DNA of 64,000 nt from Moniliella sp. 'wahieum'. Its lineage: Eukaryota. A program made the translations under genes and the position numbers. The notes beneath the pieces are model-generated. The model searched no databases. It saw only the letters and a program-made list of their open reading frames with translations, and was not told the origin of the DNA. Each line of letters begins with the position of its first letter. Within the stretch, counting starts at the first letter, position 1. The stretch lies in assembly GCA_003971905.1 (NCBI GenBank), contig RSEE01000112.1:62001-126000 (forward strand), read 5' to 3'. Below, in pieces: positions 48,828-60,972 of this stretch.

Positions 48828-51800
48828 GGCGACGCGAGAGGGGATAGAGAACGTGGGGGGGGGGGGGGGGGGGAGGGTGGAAGAAAGAACGTGGAGGAGG
48901 CGGAGAAGGAGGGTGGGGGAATAGAGGGGGAGGTGCTGGTGGAGGAAAAGACGGTGTTCGGTGCGGCAGCAGGGGTTATATGTACACCGAGATAATCGAT
49001 AACCGGTAACCGGTAACCCCTCTCGGAGGAATAGGGCGCTGTGGGCGGAGGTGCTGAACACGTTCAAGTGGAACGAACAGCATCGACTAGTGGCTGTGCG
49101 CATGCTGTGATCTGGAGAGGAAGGCTCGCTTAGCGCTTAGCACGAATCCCATCTGAGCGCTGCTCCACACACTGCTGCTTTGCTGGGCATGTCGATCGCG
49201 GCGATCATCGATCACTAGTCACTTGGCGGTGTCGGCCTGGTGGTAGCCTCTTGAAGCTTGAAGCTTGAAGCTTGAATGGGCGACAGAGAGAGGCAGGGAG
49301 GGAGGGATGAGATCTGAGAGTGCAGGCTGCTGGCTGGTGATCGAAGTGATCGAGTGGCCACGCCGTGTTGAACATGCTAAACGTTGAGCTGGTGCGCGCG
49401 GCCGCCGTGTGCCGCAGCCACGGTGGCCGGTCGTTAGCCAACTTAATCAGTGGGGGAGCACAGGGGGCAGCGGCGCACGGCAGCGCAGACACCGACATGG
49501 ACACCGAGGGACACGTGATAGGGTGAGTGGGTGTGGCATACGAGTACTGAGTACGGAGGTACTGCAGCAGCACTACACGTCTCTTGTGGCATGGCAGCCG
49601 CAGGCGGGCAGTGTGGATGGGCGGGCGCAAGGGTGCAGAGCGCTGGGAAGCATGTGGCTGCTGGCTACGAGGACTGCTAGCAAGACTGCTCCCACCGGGC
49701 GCCTCGGCGTTGGAAGGCTCTGCCCCCAATTAAAGCTTAACGCCAGCTCGGACAGATGCCGATCATCACCCATCGCTCCAAACAGCAGATACGGTAGCAG
49801 GGCGCCGCAGTCAGGCAATCCACGACGCATGAGCACCGAGCCATCCGTGCGTTCCTCGGTTTCACAATGTTTCGGCGAAGAGTTCCTGCATCCTAAGGCC
49901 TAACTGGTGGTCGATAGTTCGGCACAGTAGTAGTGCACACAGTGGAATATAGGAGGGAGACGCAACACATATGTACCCTCGTATCTTCACGGACCTTTTG
50001 CCTTCTGTTGCAGTCGCACATCCACATGGACACTTGTCCATGCACCGTAACGCGTAACGCGTACCGGTAACCGATAAGTCCATTCCCACCGTTTCCCCCG
50101 TCCCGGCGTCCCCTCTTCTCTGCTGTGTTCGCCATTTCGGCCAATGTGCATGGCCCATATGTTGGCCACACCATGTATGGCACGTCGCGTCACCTGTCCC
50201 CGTCATCAGGACACGTGGAGATGCGCAACAAGGAACAGAAGCATGCTACATCTCACTCTAAACTCTTTTCATAATCCGCCCTGTACTGGCATCAGCCATC
50301 CAGCCAACCCACCACTATCTTCGCAGAATATGGCTTTCACTAGTCACTAGTCACTGCGCACGACCATGTGCTGGAAGAAAATATACCTTGGGGCGTTTGA
50401 TGGGCCCGCATGTATCTAGGAACTGGGTTCTGGACCTGGCCATGACTATCGCTCATGCACATGACTGGCTTCTGAGCCCCCGGGTGTCAGGGCATTTTCG
50501 TGTCCGTGTCATCGATCATCGATCATCTCCAACAAACCTCGTTCCTATATGTTGCCTGTCTCGACCCCATCAGATCAGAGACTTCCGATACGCAACAGAC
50601 TCTCGCGCATGTTATTTTCTGGGCCATGTTGCGTGGGTGGAAGACACGTATGTCAAGTGACTAGTGACTAGTGACCGGTGACCGGTGACCGGGTGACCAG
50701 AGTCACTAATCATTAATCACTAGTCCCCCTGGTAAAACCGGTAACCGGTAACCGGTCACTTGTCACTCTGTCAGAGATGTATTCCTGTCGAGCTTCACGC
50801 GCACGGCGCCACCGACATTTATACATGAGTGTGGGTGTCGTCCGACGTCTTCTATAATGCCCAACATCTTCTCCCATTATATACTGCTTACCTCTCCACT
50901 CAAAATCACTCCCGGCAAAATCGCAAGGGGGGACGGAAGACGCGTTTGTCGTCTTCCGCACCACTTTGGACACGAAGCGAATGGTGACGGAAAGGTGGCA
51001 TCATTGGATAATGGATTGCCTGAGCTGCTGTATCACACCCGTCAGCTCTGGTCTTTTTCACGTTTATGTGTACCTCAGGCCTCAGGCTGAGGCGGCACAG
51101 TCTAAAGAGTGACAGCTTAAAGCTCAAACAGAGGGATAATCGATAAACGGTAACCGGTAACCAGTAACTACGTCTTCGCGGGTCACTCCAGTCACTCAGT
51201 GGTACGCCCGAATAAACTCGGTTCCGTTGTCGTCGGTGAGAGGGGATGTGATGGCCGGGATGGTATAGTAGTTTCGTCGCGGGTGCTGGCATCTACCATG
51301 CGGCCATGCCAACATCCAATAACGACCCTTTTCCGCTTACATTGGCTATCTCTCTCTTAAGTTTGCCCAGATGGACACGAGCTTCAAGTTGCTTAAAGCT
51401 TGAAGCTTGATGCTTGGGTTATGCATTATGAAGCTGCAGCATATCCTCATGTTGATGGCGCATGGTATCGCTTACGGTTCAGCATGCACGTATGTCGATC
51501 GTTGCATCACTTCAATCACCTCGACCATCTCTCAAGAGCTCATATCGGCACTTCAAAGCTTCATTGATCTGCATATTAACTTCCTTATCTTCAGTTTGGT
51601 CCTGACCTTCTACATGCACTGTAGCTTGCACTCTGTGCCTTCTTTAGTATACCCGTTACTCACTCGCTTCAGGCCTTAGAGACCTTGGAACGTATACCTA
51701 CCGGCCACCCCATGATGCACGACATGCATGACATGTGATGCATGTGATAATACACCAATACACCTAGTCCTCTCCCATGCGCTCCCGCGGTCAGATCTCA

Positions 51801-53854
51801 GATGTGACTATCCCATGTCACCCCAGGTGTGTCACATGTCCCACAGAGGTTTGCGCCACACCCATCAAAGCGGCGATCCTGCTGCACAAACTCGCCGGGG
51901 GAAAAGAGCTCATATGCTCTCACACGCATGTTACACTCTGGAGATAGCGCACCCGTCGGTCGCTTGACCTCTAAGATCTATACCTCGTCTTCGCGTGAAA
52001 ACAACAATGATAGTGCGCTCTCTTGTCACATGTCATATAACAAGAGACGACGTTGGAAAGCGCTATCGGCACCAAAAACGTAAGATTAGCGAAAGACTGG
52101 TGTCGAGGAGGGAAGCGTTTCGCTTTTCCTTGTTGCTTCTTCAGTTTGACAAATGATACGTGTGTACCCTGAGAGTCCCCTTAGCAGTATGGATTGAACA
52201 TCATAACATCACATCAGCGCGTTAGGCCGTTAGGGCTCAGTCGTGGATAGCATCACGGCCTCATCCGGAATGATAAATGCTCGATAAGACGAGGGGGTGG
52301 AGGAACATATACACATAGGGCATCCCGATAACGCGTGGCCGGCATCATGTGCCAGCGAGTGATCAAATTGATCATCGATCACAAGCCAATCAAAAGTCAT
52401 TTTTGTAGGAACGTGTGAGTTGGTCTTTCCTTTGGGGATAGACGGTGCGTGCGAGGAAGGGAAGAAAGATATGATGTGAAGCTTGAAGAGAGAGAGAAGA
52501 TATAGGAGGGTCGGATGGTAGCTTCGTCTCGGGAAACGCGAGAGGGGTCAAAAGGATAGACGTTCACCACTGCGTCGAGGGCTTGTGAATCACACTACTG
52601 TCGACGTTGCATGTCAACAAAATACTATATCGTGTGTTCCCTAAATTCGTTCGATGAGGCGGAGTCTACAGAGTACTTGTGCGGAAGACTTCAAGATGTG
52701 TGGGTACACCTTCCTGTTACATACCAGCAGTCTCCTCTGGACGAGCGGCAGAGGATCTGGGTCCAATATGGCGTTCAACGTCCTGGACTCAGGGCTCGCT
52801 CATGTCACGGAGCGACGATTAAGTCGCGCCACCTCCACTTCCTCATCGTCGCTCTCGCTTCTCGCCTTCTCTACCTATCACTACTCAAGTTTGCTATTAT
52901 CCTTCGCTCTCGTGACTCGGATTCTCAGCACATCTACAAATCCATATCAAATGGTCTCTTCTCCGCTCGCACTCGACTAAAAATCCAAAACACTACACAT
53001 GATCTCGACCCGCTCTCTCGCCTCGTTTCTCGTCTCGGGTCCGCTTCGCCCTTGACCCTTGCCTCGTCTCTCACCTCGTGCCTCTCGCGCTTGGTCCTCG
53101 CTGCTTCCCTTTGACTCGTCCCCCCTTTTGCTGTAAACCTGTTGGTCTTCCCTTTGATCCCTTGTTTGATCGCCGAGCTCAGCGGCCACTGTGAGAGCCG
53201 CGAGTTACCCTCAGTATACATGTAGCGGCCTCAGTAGTCTGAGTGGTCAGTACGCGGTACTCAGGAAACACGTCAAAGAGGATATCCCATACTGCTCGGT
53301 CCACATTCACAGAGACCAACTGCCGTCCAGAGCTGGTTACTGAGTATAGAGTTACCATATGAGGAGGTGCACAGGGAAGGGCGCGATTTCATTGTTGGTA
53401 CTATATATGTCCCTCACTGTGGCGGCGGATGCCGTATTAGTTAGATGCATGTATTTCCCCACACATATATGCCAGAACTGAAGGGAGAGAGAGAAAGAAA
53501 AAGTTTTGTGTGATGGTGTTCGTCCGATCCCTGGCCGGAGGTTAGTAGAGAGCAACTCAGTGCAGACGTTCCCGATGGGTAGAGAGGGTTCGTTGGCGGA
53601 CCAACTAAGAGAGAGACACTTCCCACTACTGTATCTGTTCGTACGTGTGGGTGAACAGTTATAACGACTCCTTTGGCGTGTGAGCCAAGTGAAATCACCA
53701 CGCCCTCGGCAGACCTCTTGGCTTTCCCTCCCTTGTTGAATACCCAAGAGAGGACAATCGCTCCCACGTACAGTGATGAGGAATGGTGGTAATGTGTGTG
53801 TAGGAAACAGCCGTCTCGAGTCACGCTGCTTCGAGTAGTCCATGACAAAAAGTT

Positions 53855-53940
53855 CTCTCCGACCGGGAATCGAACCCGGGTCTCGTCCGAACGTCCGTCA
53901 TCATGACAGGGACGTGTCATAGCCACTAAACTATCGGAGA
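53855..53940 (-). tRNA. tRNA-Asp(GTC) with a 14-nt intron
   Basis: Acceptor stem TCTCCGA/TCGGAGA, D arm TAGTTTAGTGG, anticodon arm CGTCC-CTGTCA[intron]C-GGACG, T arm CCGGGTTCGATTCCCGG, followed by a T5 Pol III terminator. Confidence 0.93.
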
Positions 53941-54479
53941 CACTTGCTCAAACAAAAGGATGCTTGGAATACCTAAAGGTTGTCCGAAGAGGTGCCTTGA
54001 AGTTTGATCCTTGATAGCTGGCGGTGCGACATGGTCTTCCCAAGCGGACTGAACATGTTCAGGACACCAGAAGGACACCAGAAGCTGCGAGGGAGAATGC
54101 AGCCTAGGTCCTTCTGTGCGGTCGAAGTCCATGCGGTGGGCGCTTGAGTTGTCGTGAGGCCTTTCTGCGGCTTCCGGTCCGCGCCTGGACCAACGTCTCG
54201 GCGCGGGATACCAGTGTGGTTGGTCCGCAGTGCTTCCGGAGTCTTTGCGTCTTTACCCGAACGAATTAAAAAGAGAGAGAGTATCGATGGCGTTCCCGGG
54301 AAGCGCACACCCTATTTCACCAACGAGCACCAGCCCCCTGGCTTTCCCTGAGAGCCACATTATCTGTTCTCGGTCGATTTCGATCCAAAACCGAGTGAGT
54401 AAATGGGCTTTCGTAGAAGCGATATGACATGGGCGGGTTTCTCGACTCAAATATGTAGTGTGAGCGGTGGAAGGGCGCA

Positions 54480-55837
54480 CTATCTTCTTGGGCTCCGCCT
54501 CGGGGAAAGAGAGCGCTCGCGTTCGCGTTCGCGTTCGTGTTCGCGCTCGCGCTCGCGCGCATCCCTGTCCCTCAGTCGATGGGAACGCTCATGGCGGGGG
54601 CGCTCAGCTCGCGAGGAATCATACCGAGAGGAATGCGATCGGTACCTGGAACGATCGGAACGGTGAGAATCGGAGCGAGGCCGGTCGTCCCGATGCGACG
54701 AGTGCTGGCTGGGGCGATGATGGGGACGGCGGTCCTCATCCGCACGGTGAGAACGGTTGTCCTCGTCTTTACGACGAGAACGGTTGCTCTCGTCCCTTTG
54801 GTGAGAACGAATCCCCTCGTCCCTCTGGTGAGAACGGCGGTCCTCATCGTGCCGGCGACTGCTCCTTGGCTCGGACTGCCGATTCACCTCTTTGTCCGAG
54901 CCTGGGGCTTGCTCTGATGGGCCATCTCCCGCGCTCTCCTCTTTCGCACGTTCGCGGCGAGAAATGGGGCGATAGTCACGAGCCTGTTGACGAACAGCAG
55001 CAGACTTGGCATGCGAAGCGTCAGAGCGCTTGTCGAGCAATTCCGTCAGCTTGGGCGCAGCGCCCAAGCCAAGAAGTGCAGGACGGCGTTTGTGCTCCGG
55101 AGCGTGTTCTGGCCCGTCGCGCCTCCTACCTGCACCCTGCCCAGGCTTCCACCCCATCCCGCGTAACATCGCCGCTCCAAATCCATCGACAGGCGTGGCA
55201 GCATACGCCGCCTCGGTCGGCGCATCCGGCCGATCGTGCACATCTTGCCGCAGTTGGTACAGCTCGTTGGCCGCGCTCAGTGGGATCGCGGCCTGGCCCT
55301 GGCATCCAAAGCAGAGCGACCGGACAGAACGGCAGCGCGGGCCGCGGCTTCCAATTCCGCCTCGGGAGAAGGGGGCGTGCCTGCGCGGGACCCGTCTTGG
55401 CGGTCGGGTGGGGGGGTGGAGCTTAGGCTACGCTGGGGGGCGGCGCGCGGCGCGCGGGTGGGCAGGAAGAGACCAACACGGTCAGGAGGGCCACCGACCG
55501 TCTCTGGGGACGGATCCAGGTGGGAAGGAGGCTGGGCTTGGGCTTGGGCGCGGGCACGGGCACGGGCACGTAGGTCATCGTCAGGGAGAGCAGGGATGAC
55601 GCGGTGGCGGGCAGCATGGGCGGCACGCGCGGCGGCACGCTCGGCGGCGCGCTCAGCAGCGGGGCGTTGGCCGTGGTGGAAGGTGGTGAGGGTGTGGGAC
55701 GAAGCGGCGGCGGCGTTTCCACTGCCCTCGCCGTCGTCTTGGTCGGCGGCAAAGGCCGCGGCGCGCTGGACGCTCATAGCGGTGGGGCGCGATGGCGTCG
55801 TTGGCGGCGGGACTTGGAAAGAAAATCTTGGGGCCAT
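54480..55837 (-). CDS. SPP2: G-patch pre-mRNA splicing factor (Spp2/MOS2-like) with Arg/Ser/Asp-rich tail
   Basis: MAPRFSF..., LTTF, VIPAL, RQDVHDRPDAPTEAAYAATPVDGFGAAMLRGMGWKPGQGAG...RRPALLGLGA. Confidence 0.88.
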
Positions 55838-56006
55838 CGATTGGTGTTCTGGGTGTGAAGGGCGCGTCACGTGACGCCCTGGCGCAGCACGGCATTGCTT
55901 TGCGGGCGACACGCCAGCCTCACCCCCACCACCTCCCTCGCCCCGACCCTGGGACACGGCGAGCAGCACGACGAGCACGACGAGCACGACGAGCACGACG
56001 CCGGAC

Positions 56007-58255
56007 ATGGGCCGCACGACTCCCGCTCGCTCCCGCCGCAGCTCTGGCCCTGCGAGCACCACCAGCTCCAGCTCGCCGTCCAGCTCGGGCTCCGCCTCGG
56101 GCTCCAGCTTCGGTTCCAGCTCCAGTTCCAGCTCCAGTTCCAGCTCCAGTTCCAGCTCCAGTTCCAGCTCCAGTTCCAGCTCCAGTTCCAGCTCCAGTTC
56201 CAGCTCCAGTTCCAGCTCCAGTTCCAGCTCCAGTTCCAGCGTCCATTCCAGCGCCCATTCCAGCTCCCATTCCAGCTCCGGCGCCCGCTCCAACATCATC
56301 TCCATCTCCAGCTCCGACTCTGCCCCCACCCCTACCCCCACCTCCAACTCCAACACCATCCCCCCGTCCAACCCCAACTCCAACCCCATCTCCATCTCCA
56401 AGTCCACCTCCGTCTCGCCCCCCAGCTCCGCTCCCCGCTCCGCCTCCCGCTCCGCCTCCCCCGCACGCCCCCCCCGGACCCCCCTCTGCATCTGCTCCTC
56501 GCCCCTCAACACCCCTGTTTCGCGACGCGCCCTCTCCCGCCCGTCCCTTCCAGGGGCCGCCATCGGCCCCCTTCCCTCCGCCGCCTCGCCTCTCTCGCCG
56601 CGGACGCCGAGCACCAAAGCCCACTCGCCCGCCACCTCTTCCAGACCCAGCCTCTCTATCGCTGCCTCCATTCGCGCCCTTCGTCCTCAATCCCTCCTCT
56701 TGCCAGCGGCCAGGACACGAGCCCCTCCCCGCCCGCCAAACGCCTCCGGCTCGCGTCCCCTTTGGCCAGCACCGAACTGGCCGGTGTGGTCCAGCTGTCC
56801 CCGCACAGCTCTCCCCCTACCTCCCCCAGCCCGCGTTCGTCTCCCCACTCGGTCTCCGCCCCGCCGCCGCATGGCTCCACCGAACTGGTCTTGCCCGGTC
56901 AGCGCACGGTCGCGCTGGACCTGCGAGACCATGCCTGGCGCGCGACCGCCGCGCCCATCCGCTGGTCGCCCACCCTGGACCGGCGGGGCATCGAGCCGGG
57001 GGATGCATTGGACCGTCTGCGTCCCCGAGCCGATGCGCGCTGTTTCTCCCTTCTGCCTGGCGTCGGCGATGCTGGTGACGTGCCGCCGCCAACGAGCTGG
57101 CCAGCGTCCCATCGGCTCTTTATTGCGGACCAGATCCGCGCCAGCTCGCACGTACCCTTGCATGCGCGTACAGCGCTGGCCAGCTTGGTCCAAGACGGTC
57201 CGCAGTCGCTCAGCGACACCTCCATCCTCCTTGCCAAAGCGGTATGGTTCGTTCCATTGTCGTGCCCGCTCCCGAGCGTGGTCGCTGTGGACGATACCGA
57301 TGCGGACATTGTGCAAAAGACCCATGTAGGCCCCGTGGTGGTGGTGGAGCCACGGATTCCACAATGGAATTTACTCGCGCTGCCGTACCAGGATCGCCAT
57401 GCATGTTGGTCCGCAGCGCTACGTACAGCCCTCACATTGATGTGTTGGGCAACGTGTTGACCTCGGACACCAAGACGTGCCCGCCAGCTACGGCCATTGC
57501 TTCCTCCTATGACGGCCTGGGCGTCGGCGCAAGCCAATCGGCCATGGCTGCGATCGATGTCAAGTTGGCCCCGCAGTTGGGGCAGCCCATGACGGCCATT
57601 GAGCTGGCCCACGCCCAGGCGGCCGAGGAAGAGGGCGGCGTCAGAAGCGGCGCGAACGGGCGTGAATGTGGGCTCGAGGGGAGGGAGAGACGAGTCGCGC
57701 AAAGACGGTCGCTCCCACCCCTTTTTGGCTACTGGCCCCTTCATCGAGCCTGGCGAGAAGGTACGATGGCAAACCCGCATTCTGCTCACGCAAACGGCAG
57801 ATATGTTGATTGAGAAGCAGACGGCGCTGTTGGACGAGAAACGATTGGTGGCGCGGCGTACGCGTCTGTCGGAACGTCTTCACACCCTGACTGCCGCCGA
57901 ACGCGACGTACTGGCAGAGAGCAGGAAGGTACGACACGCCTTGCGTACCATCCAGTCCGATACACTCCACCTGGAGCGGGAACGCGACGAGCTCCGTGCC
58001 GCTCTGGAGGAGCAGCACAAGGCAGATACAAACGTGATTGCTGCCCAGTCGATCGCCCAGCGCGCCGCAGACCAACATGTACTTCGTCTCCGTCGGCTGC
58101 GGAACACGCTGCGCGCCCAAGTACAGGCCACCAAGTTGCGGGAAGAAGCCATGGATGCGATGGAAAGCACAGCGGCCGCGCACCCGCACCCCTCGCTTCT
58201 TCCTTCCCCCTACCTGCCCGTCCCACCCTCGAGGAGGAAATGCAAGATGAACTAG
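56007..58255 (+). CDS. Hypothetical protein with Ser-rich N-terminus and coiled-coil-like C-terminus
   Basis: Overlapping long ORFs 56007-57329, 55871-57460 and 57599-58255 with protein-like composition and a heptad-like C-terminal segment (LIEKQTALLDEK...LERERDELRAALEEQ). Divergent from SPP2 across a palindromic GTCACGTGAC. Confidence 0.55.
56105..56240. repeat. 12-bp tandem repeat (TCCAGCTCCAGT)n, about 10 copies, probably encoding poly-Ser
   Basis: Directly visible. Confidence 0.95.
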
Positions 58256-58592
58256 CCGAGTTGGCCGCCGAGGCGGAAGCGGTTGGCTTGGCCGAGCCCC
58301 TTCCTCCCAGGCGCCGGCGCTGATTCGGCACTGCTGGCCTCGAATATCACTGACCATCTCGTTTGGTCGTACTCAATGTGCACTGCACGGACTCGACCGA
58401 TTTTTCCCCCCTGCCGACACGAAGAGGCCGCGTCGGTTCTCGCTACGTTCATGCATGGGCACGTTATATGAATGGGGCATCGTATGTGGGCGGACATAGA
58501 ACGCCATAGGTACTGTACAGATGAGCGCAAAGGGGAAGGGTGTAGCTGCAGCACAGACGATGCAGACACGTGCCTCATGCACGTTCGGTGGG

Positions 58593-60076
58593 CTAGGGTA
58601 GGGTGGGGTAAGAGGGAGGGGAGAGGGGGAGGGGGAGGGGGAGGGAGTGGGAGAGGACGAGGGCGAGGTGGGATCCTCGTGTGGAGATCCGGGGGTGTTC
58701 TCCATATCGTCCGCAAGCTCTTGCAACAGTTGTCGTTGGCGCGGCGACAAGGACGTGGGCAATCGGACGCGAAACTGGACGGTCAAGTCCCCGCGTTCGG
58801 GTGGCCGTAGCAGCGGAACCGGCTGTGATGGGCATACCCTTGCCCTTGACCAGCAACTCGTCCGCCTGTTCCGTCAAGGCGGGCACGCGTATGTCCACCA
58901 TGCCCTCGAGCGTGGGAATGCTAATGCGACCACCTAGCAAAGCCTTGTAAAACGGCAGCAAGGCCGTGTAGAACAGATGGCTTCCTTGGCGCCGCCAGGT
59001 GCGGGAAGGCAGCACATGCACGCGCACGTGCAGGTCGCCCTCGATGCCGCCGAACCCGCTCCCACCACCACTTCCAGGACCAGGACCAGGGTGGTGGGGC
59101 GGAGCATGGCCATGGCCAACCAGCCGCATCCGGGTCCCATCCTCCACCCCGGGATCGAGATGGACGTGATCCACGACACGTTTGTGCACGGTGCCCAATC
59201 CCGCGCAGCGCTCACACTCTTCGCCTGGCCGGACCACCTCGCCTGAACCACGGCAGTGGCGACAAGTGGCAGCCGAGTGGCGACCACTGGGCAGCGCGGC
59301 CACTTGGCTCCCCGTTCCGCCGCACTTGGTACACGATCTCTTCTTGCCGCCCTTGCGCACCCCGGATCCCCCACACGGCTCGCACCGCAACAGCCGCGTC
59401 ACCGCCACTCGCTTCGTTGTGCCCATCGCCGCTCTTCAAACGTCAGCGTCACGCTCGTCTCAATATCCTCCCCGCGCACCACACCAGACCGACACCGAGA
59501 CGCAGAACCAGATCGAGGCCCAAACGTGCCGAACAGTTGCCCAAAATCGAATCCGACCCGCCCTGGGTAAACCCGCTCCGTTCGCCGTCACAAGCGTCAG
59601 CGTCGGCGTCCGCGTCAGCGTCGCTCGCTGCCCCACTGGCCCACCCGGCCATCGGAGCCGCACCATCGTACGCCGCACGCTTCTCGGTGTCGGACAGCGT
59701 CTGCCCATCCCGGACCAGAAGTGGAGGAGGTGTGTCAGTATGCATGTGCTACACAGCACGGAGGGGCACAGCGCACCACACGCCGCACCGCATCAAGTCA
59801 AGCCAAGCCAAGCAAGGGGGGGGGGGGGGCACACGTACTCGTACGCGAGCTGGATGTCGATGAACTGATCCTGCGCCGCGGCGGTAGGGTTCGAGTCGGG
59901 ATGGAAGCGCTTGGCCAAGGCGTAGTACGCCGCTTTGATCTGCCGTGGCGAGGCGGCCCGCGCCACGCCCAGCACGCGTACAGGTCTGGCGGCACAGCCG
60001 CATGCGCTGACCATCTCCCGCCGAACAGCGCAGGCCACGCGCGCGCCGACACCAAGCGCAGGTCGGCGCGCAGCAT
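58593..60076 (-). CDS. MDJ1: Mitochondrial type-I DnaJ co-chaperone; intron about 59702-59837
   Basis: Arg-rich presequence, J domain (VLGVARAASPRQIKAAYYALAKRFHPD...IQLAYE|TLSDTEKRAAYD), G/F region, four CxxCxGxG repeats, GVEDGTRMRLVGHG, ALLGGRISIPTLEG and LSPRQRQLLQE. Confidence 0.9.
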
Positions 60077-60407
60077 GGCTGCGGGCGCGGACGGCGGGGG
60101 CGGTACAACCAGATCCAGACACTGGTAAGTGCAACACCGACGCCGACGCCGACGCCGTCGACGAGGCCAGACTGGCCACGCGCATGCGCATCGTCGGCCC
60201 CAGCATCGCTCTTGGTCCTCGCAGCGACGGCCGCACGAGGGAAAAAAAGGTCGCCGGCAAGGCGGGAAGAACCGGGCGGTGGCACCACTCACCCGTCGCA
60301 GTCACCGTTCAACTTGAACGTTCAAACATCCCCTACTTGATGTTCTAACCAGATCCAGACGACCAAGGACGACCAAGGCGACTACGAAATGTCGTTTCTT
60401 AGTATAA

Positions 60408-60512
60408 GCACTCGTGATCAAGTGGTTAAGATGCAACTTTCCCATGTACCGTGGGGTTCCATCACGAGGAGCTACAGCAAGTTGTGCCCGGGTTAGAATC
60501 CCGGCGAGTGCA
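60408..60512 (+). tRNA. tRNA-Gly(CCC) with a 34-nt intron (60445-60478)
   Basis: Acceptor stem GCACTCG/CGAGTGC+A, D arm GATCAAGTGGTTAAGAT, anticodon arm CAACT-TTCCCA[intron]A-AGTTG, T arm CCGGG-TTAGAAT-CCCGG, followed by T-run terminator. Confidence 0.88.
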
Positions 60513-60972
60513 CTCCTTTTTGGTGGGCTTCTTGTCTTCTCGGGTTCCGGTTGAGGGCGTGCTGCACCTAGCGGTGTTGGTTCTTTCTATTGGAGCTCGC
60601 ACCGACAAGGGATCTCTAGCCATGGCAGGGGAGGGAAGAGCAGAGCAGGGAAGAGCAGGGCAGGGAGCAAGCATGCCAAGTGCGTCGCTTCCGTCCTCTC
60701 ATTGATTGCAATAAGCTCGTGCTTTGTCTTTTTTATCCACCTTGTCAGGTGGCCTTTTATATGAGCTTCGAACCTCGCCAGCCCAATGTATCCATACCCG
60801 TCTTGCCGCCCCTCATTACCCCATGCCAATTGAATACGACGACTTGACGCTAGGAAAAGCGGGGTGGGCCGACGAACGTAGCAAAACGGCCGGCCCCCTG
60901 AGGGAGGGATCCCACGTGCAGCGGGTTGCATGCTACCAACCACTAGGCAAGACGAGTAAGCAAGCCCCACGG

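Noticed and set aside
52611..53114. 167-aa ORF in the gene-poor region
   Set aside because: Codon usage and GC differ from the real genes, the 3' half is pyrimidine-rich low complexity, and no motif is recognisable.
53626..53640. GTATCTGTTC resembling part of U2 snRNA
   Set aside because: The flanking U2 sequence (AAGATCAAGTGTA and the 5' stem) is absent; chance match.
55277..57078. Very long alternative-frame ORFs ((EL)n, (PAPV)n, (QLQF)n, (GAGT)n)
   Set aside because: These are shadows of a stop-free 12-bp tandem repeat read in other frames, not separate genes.
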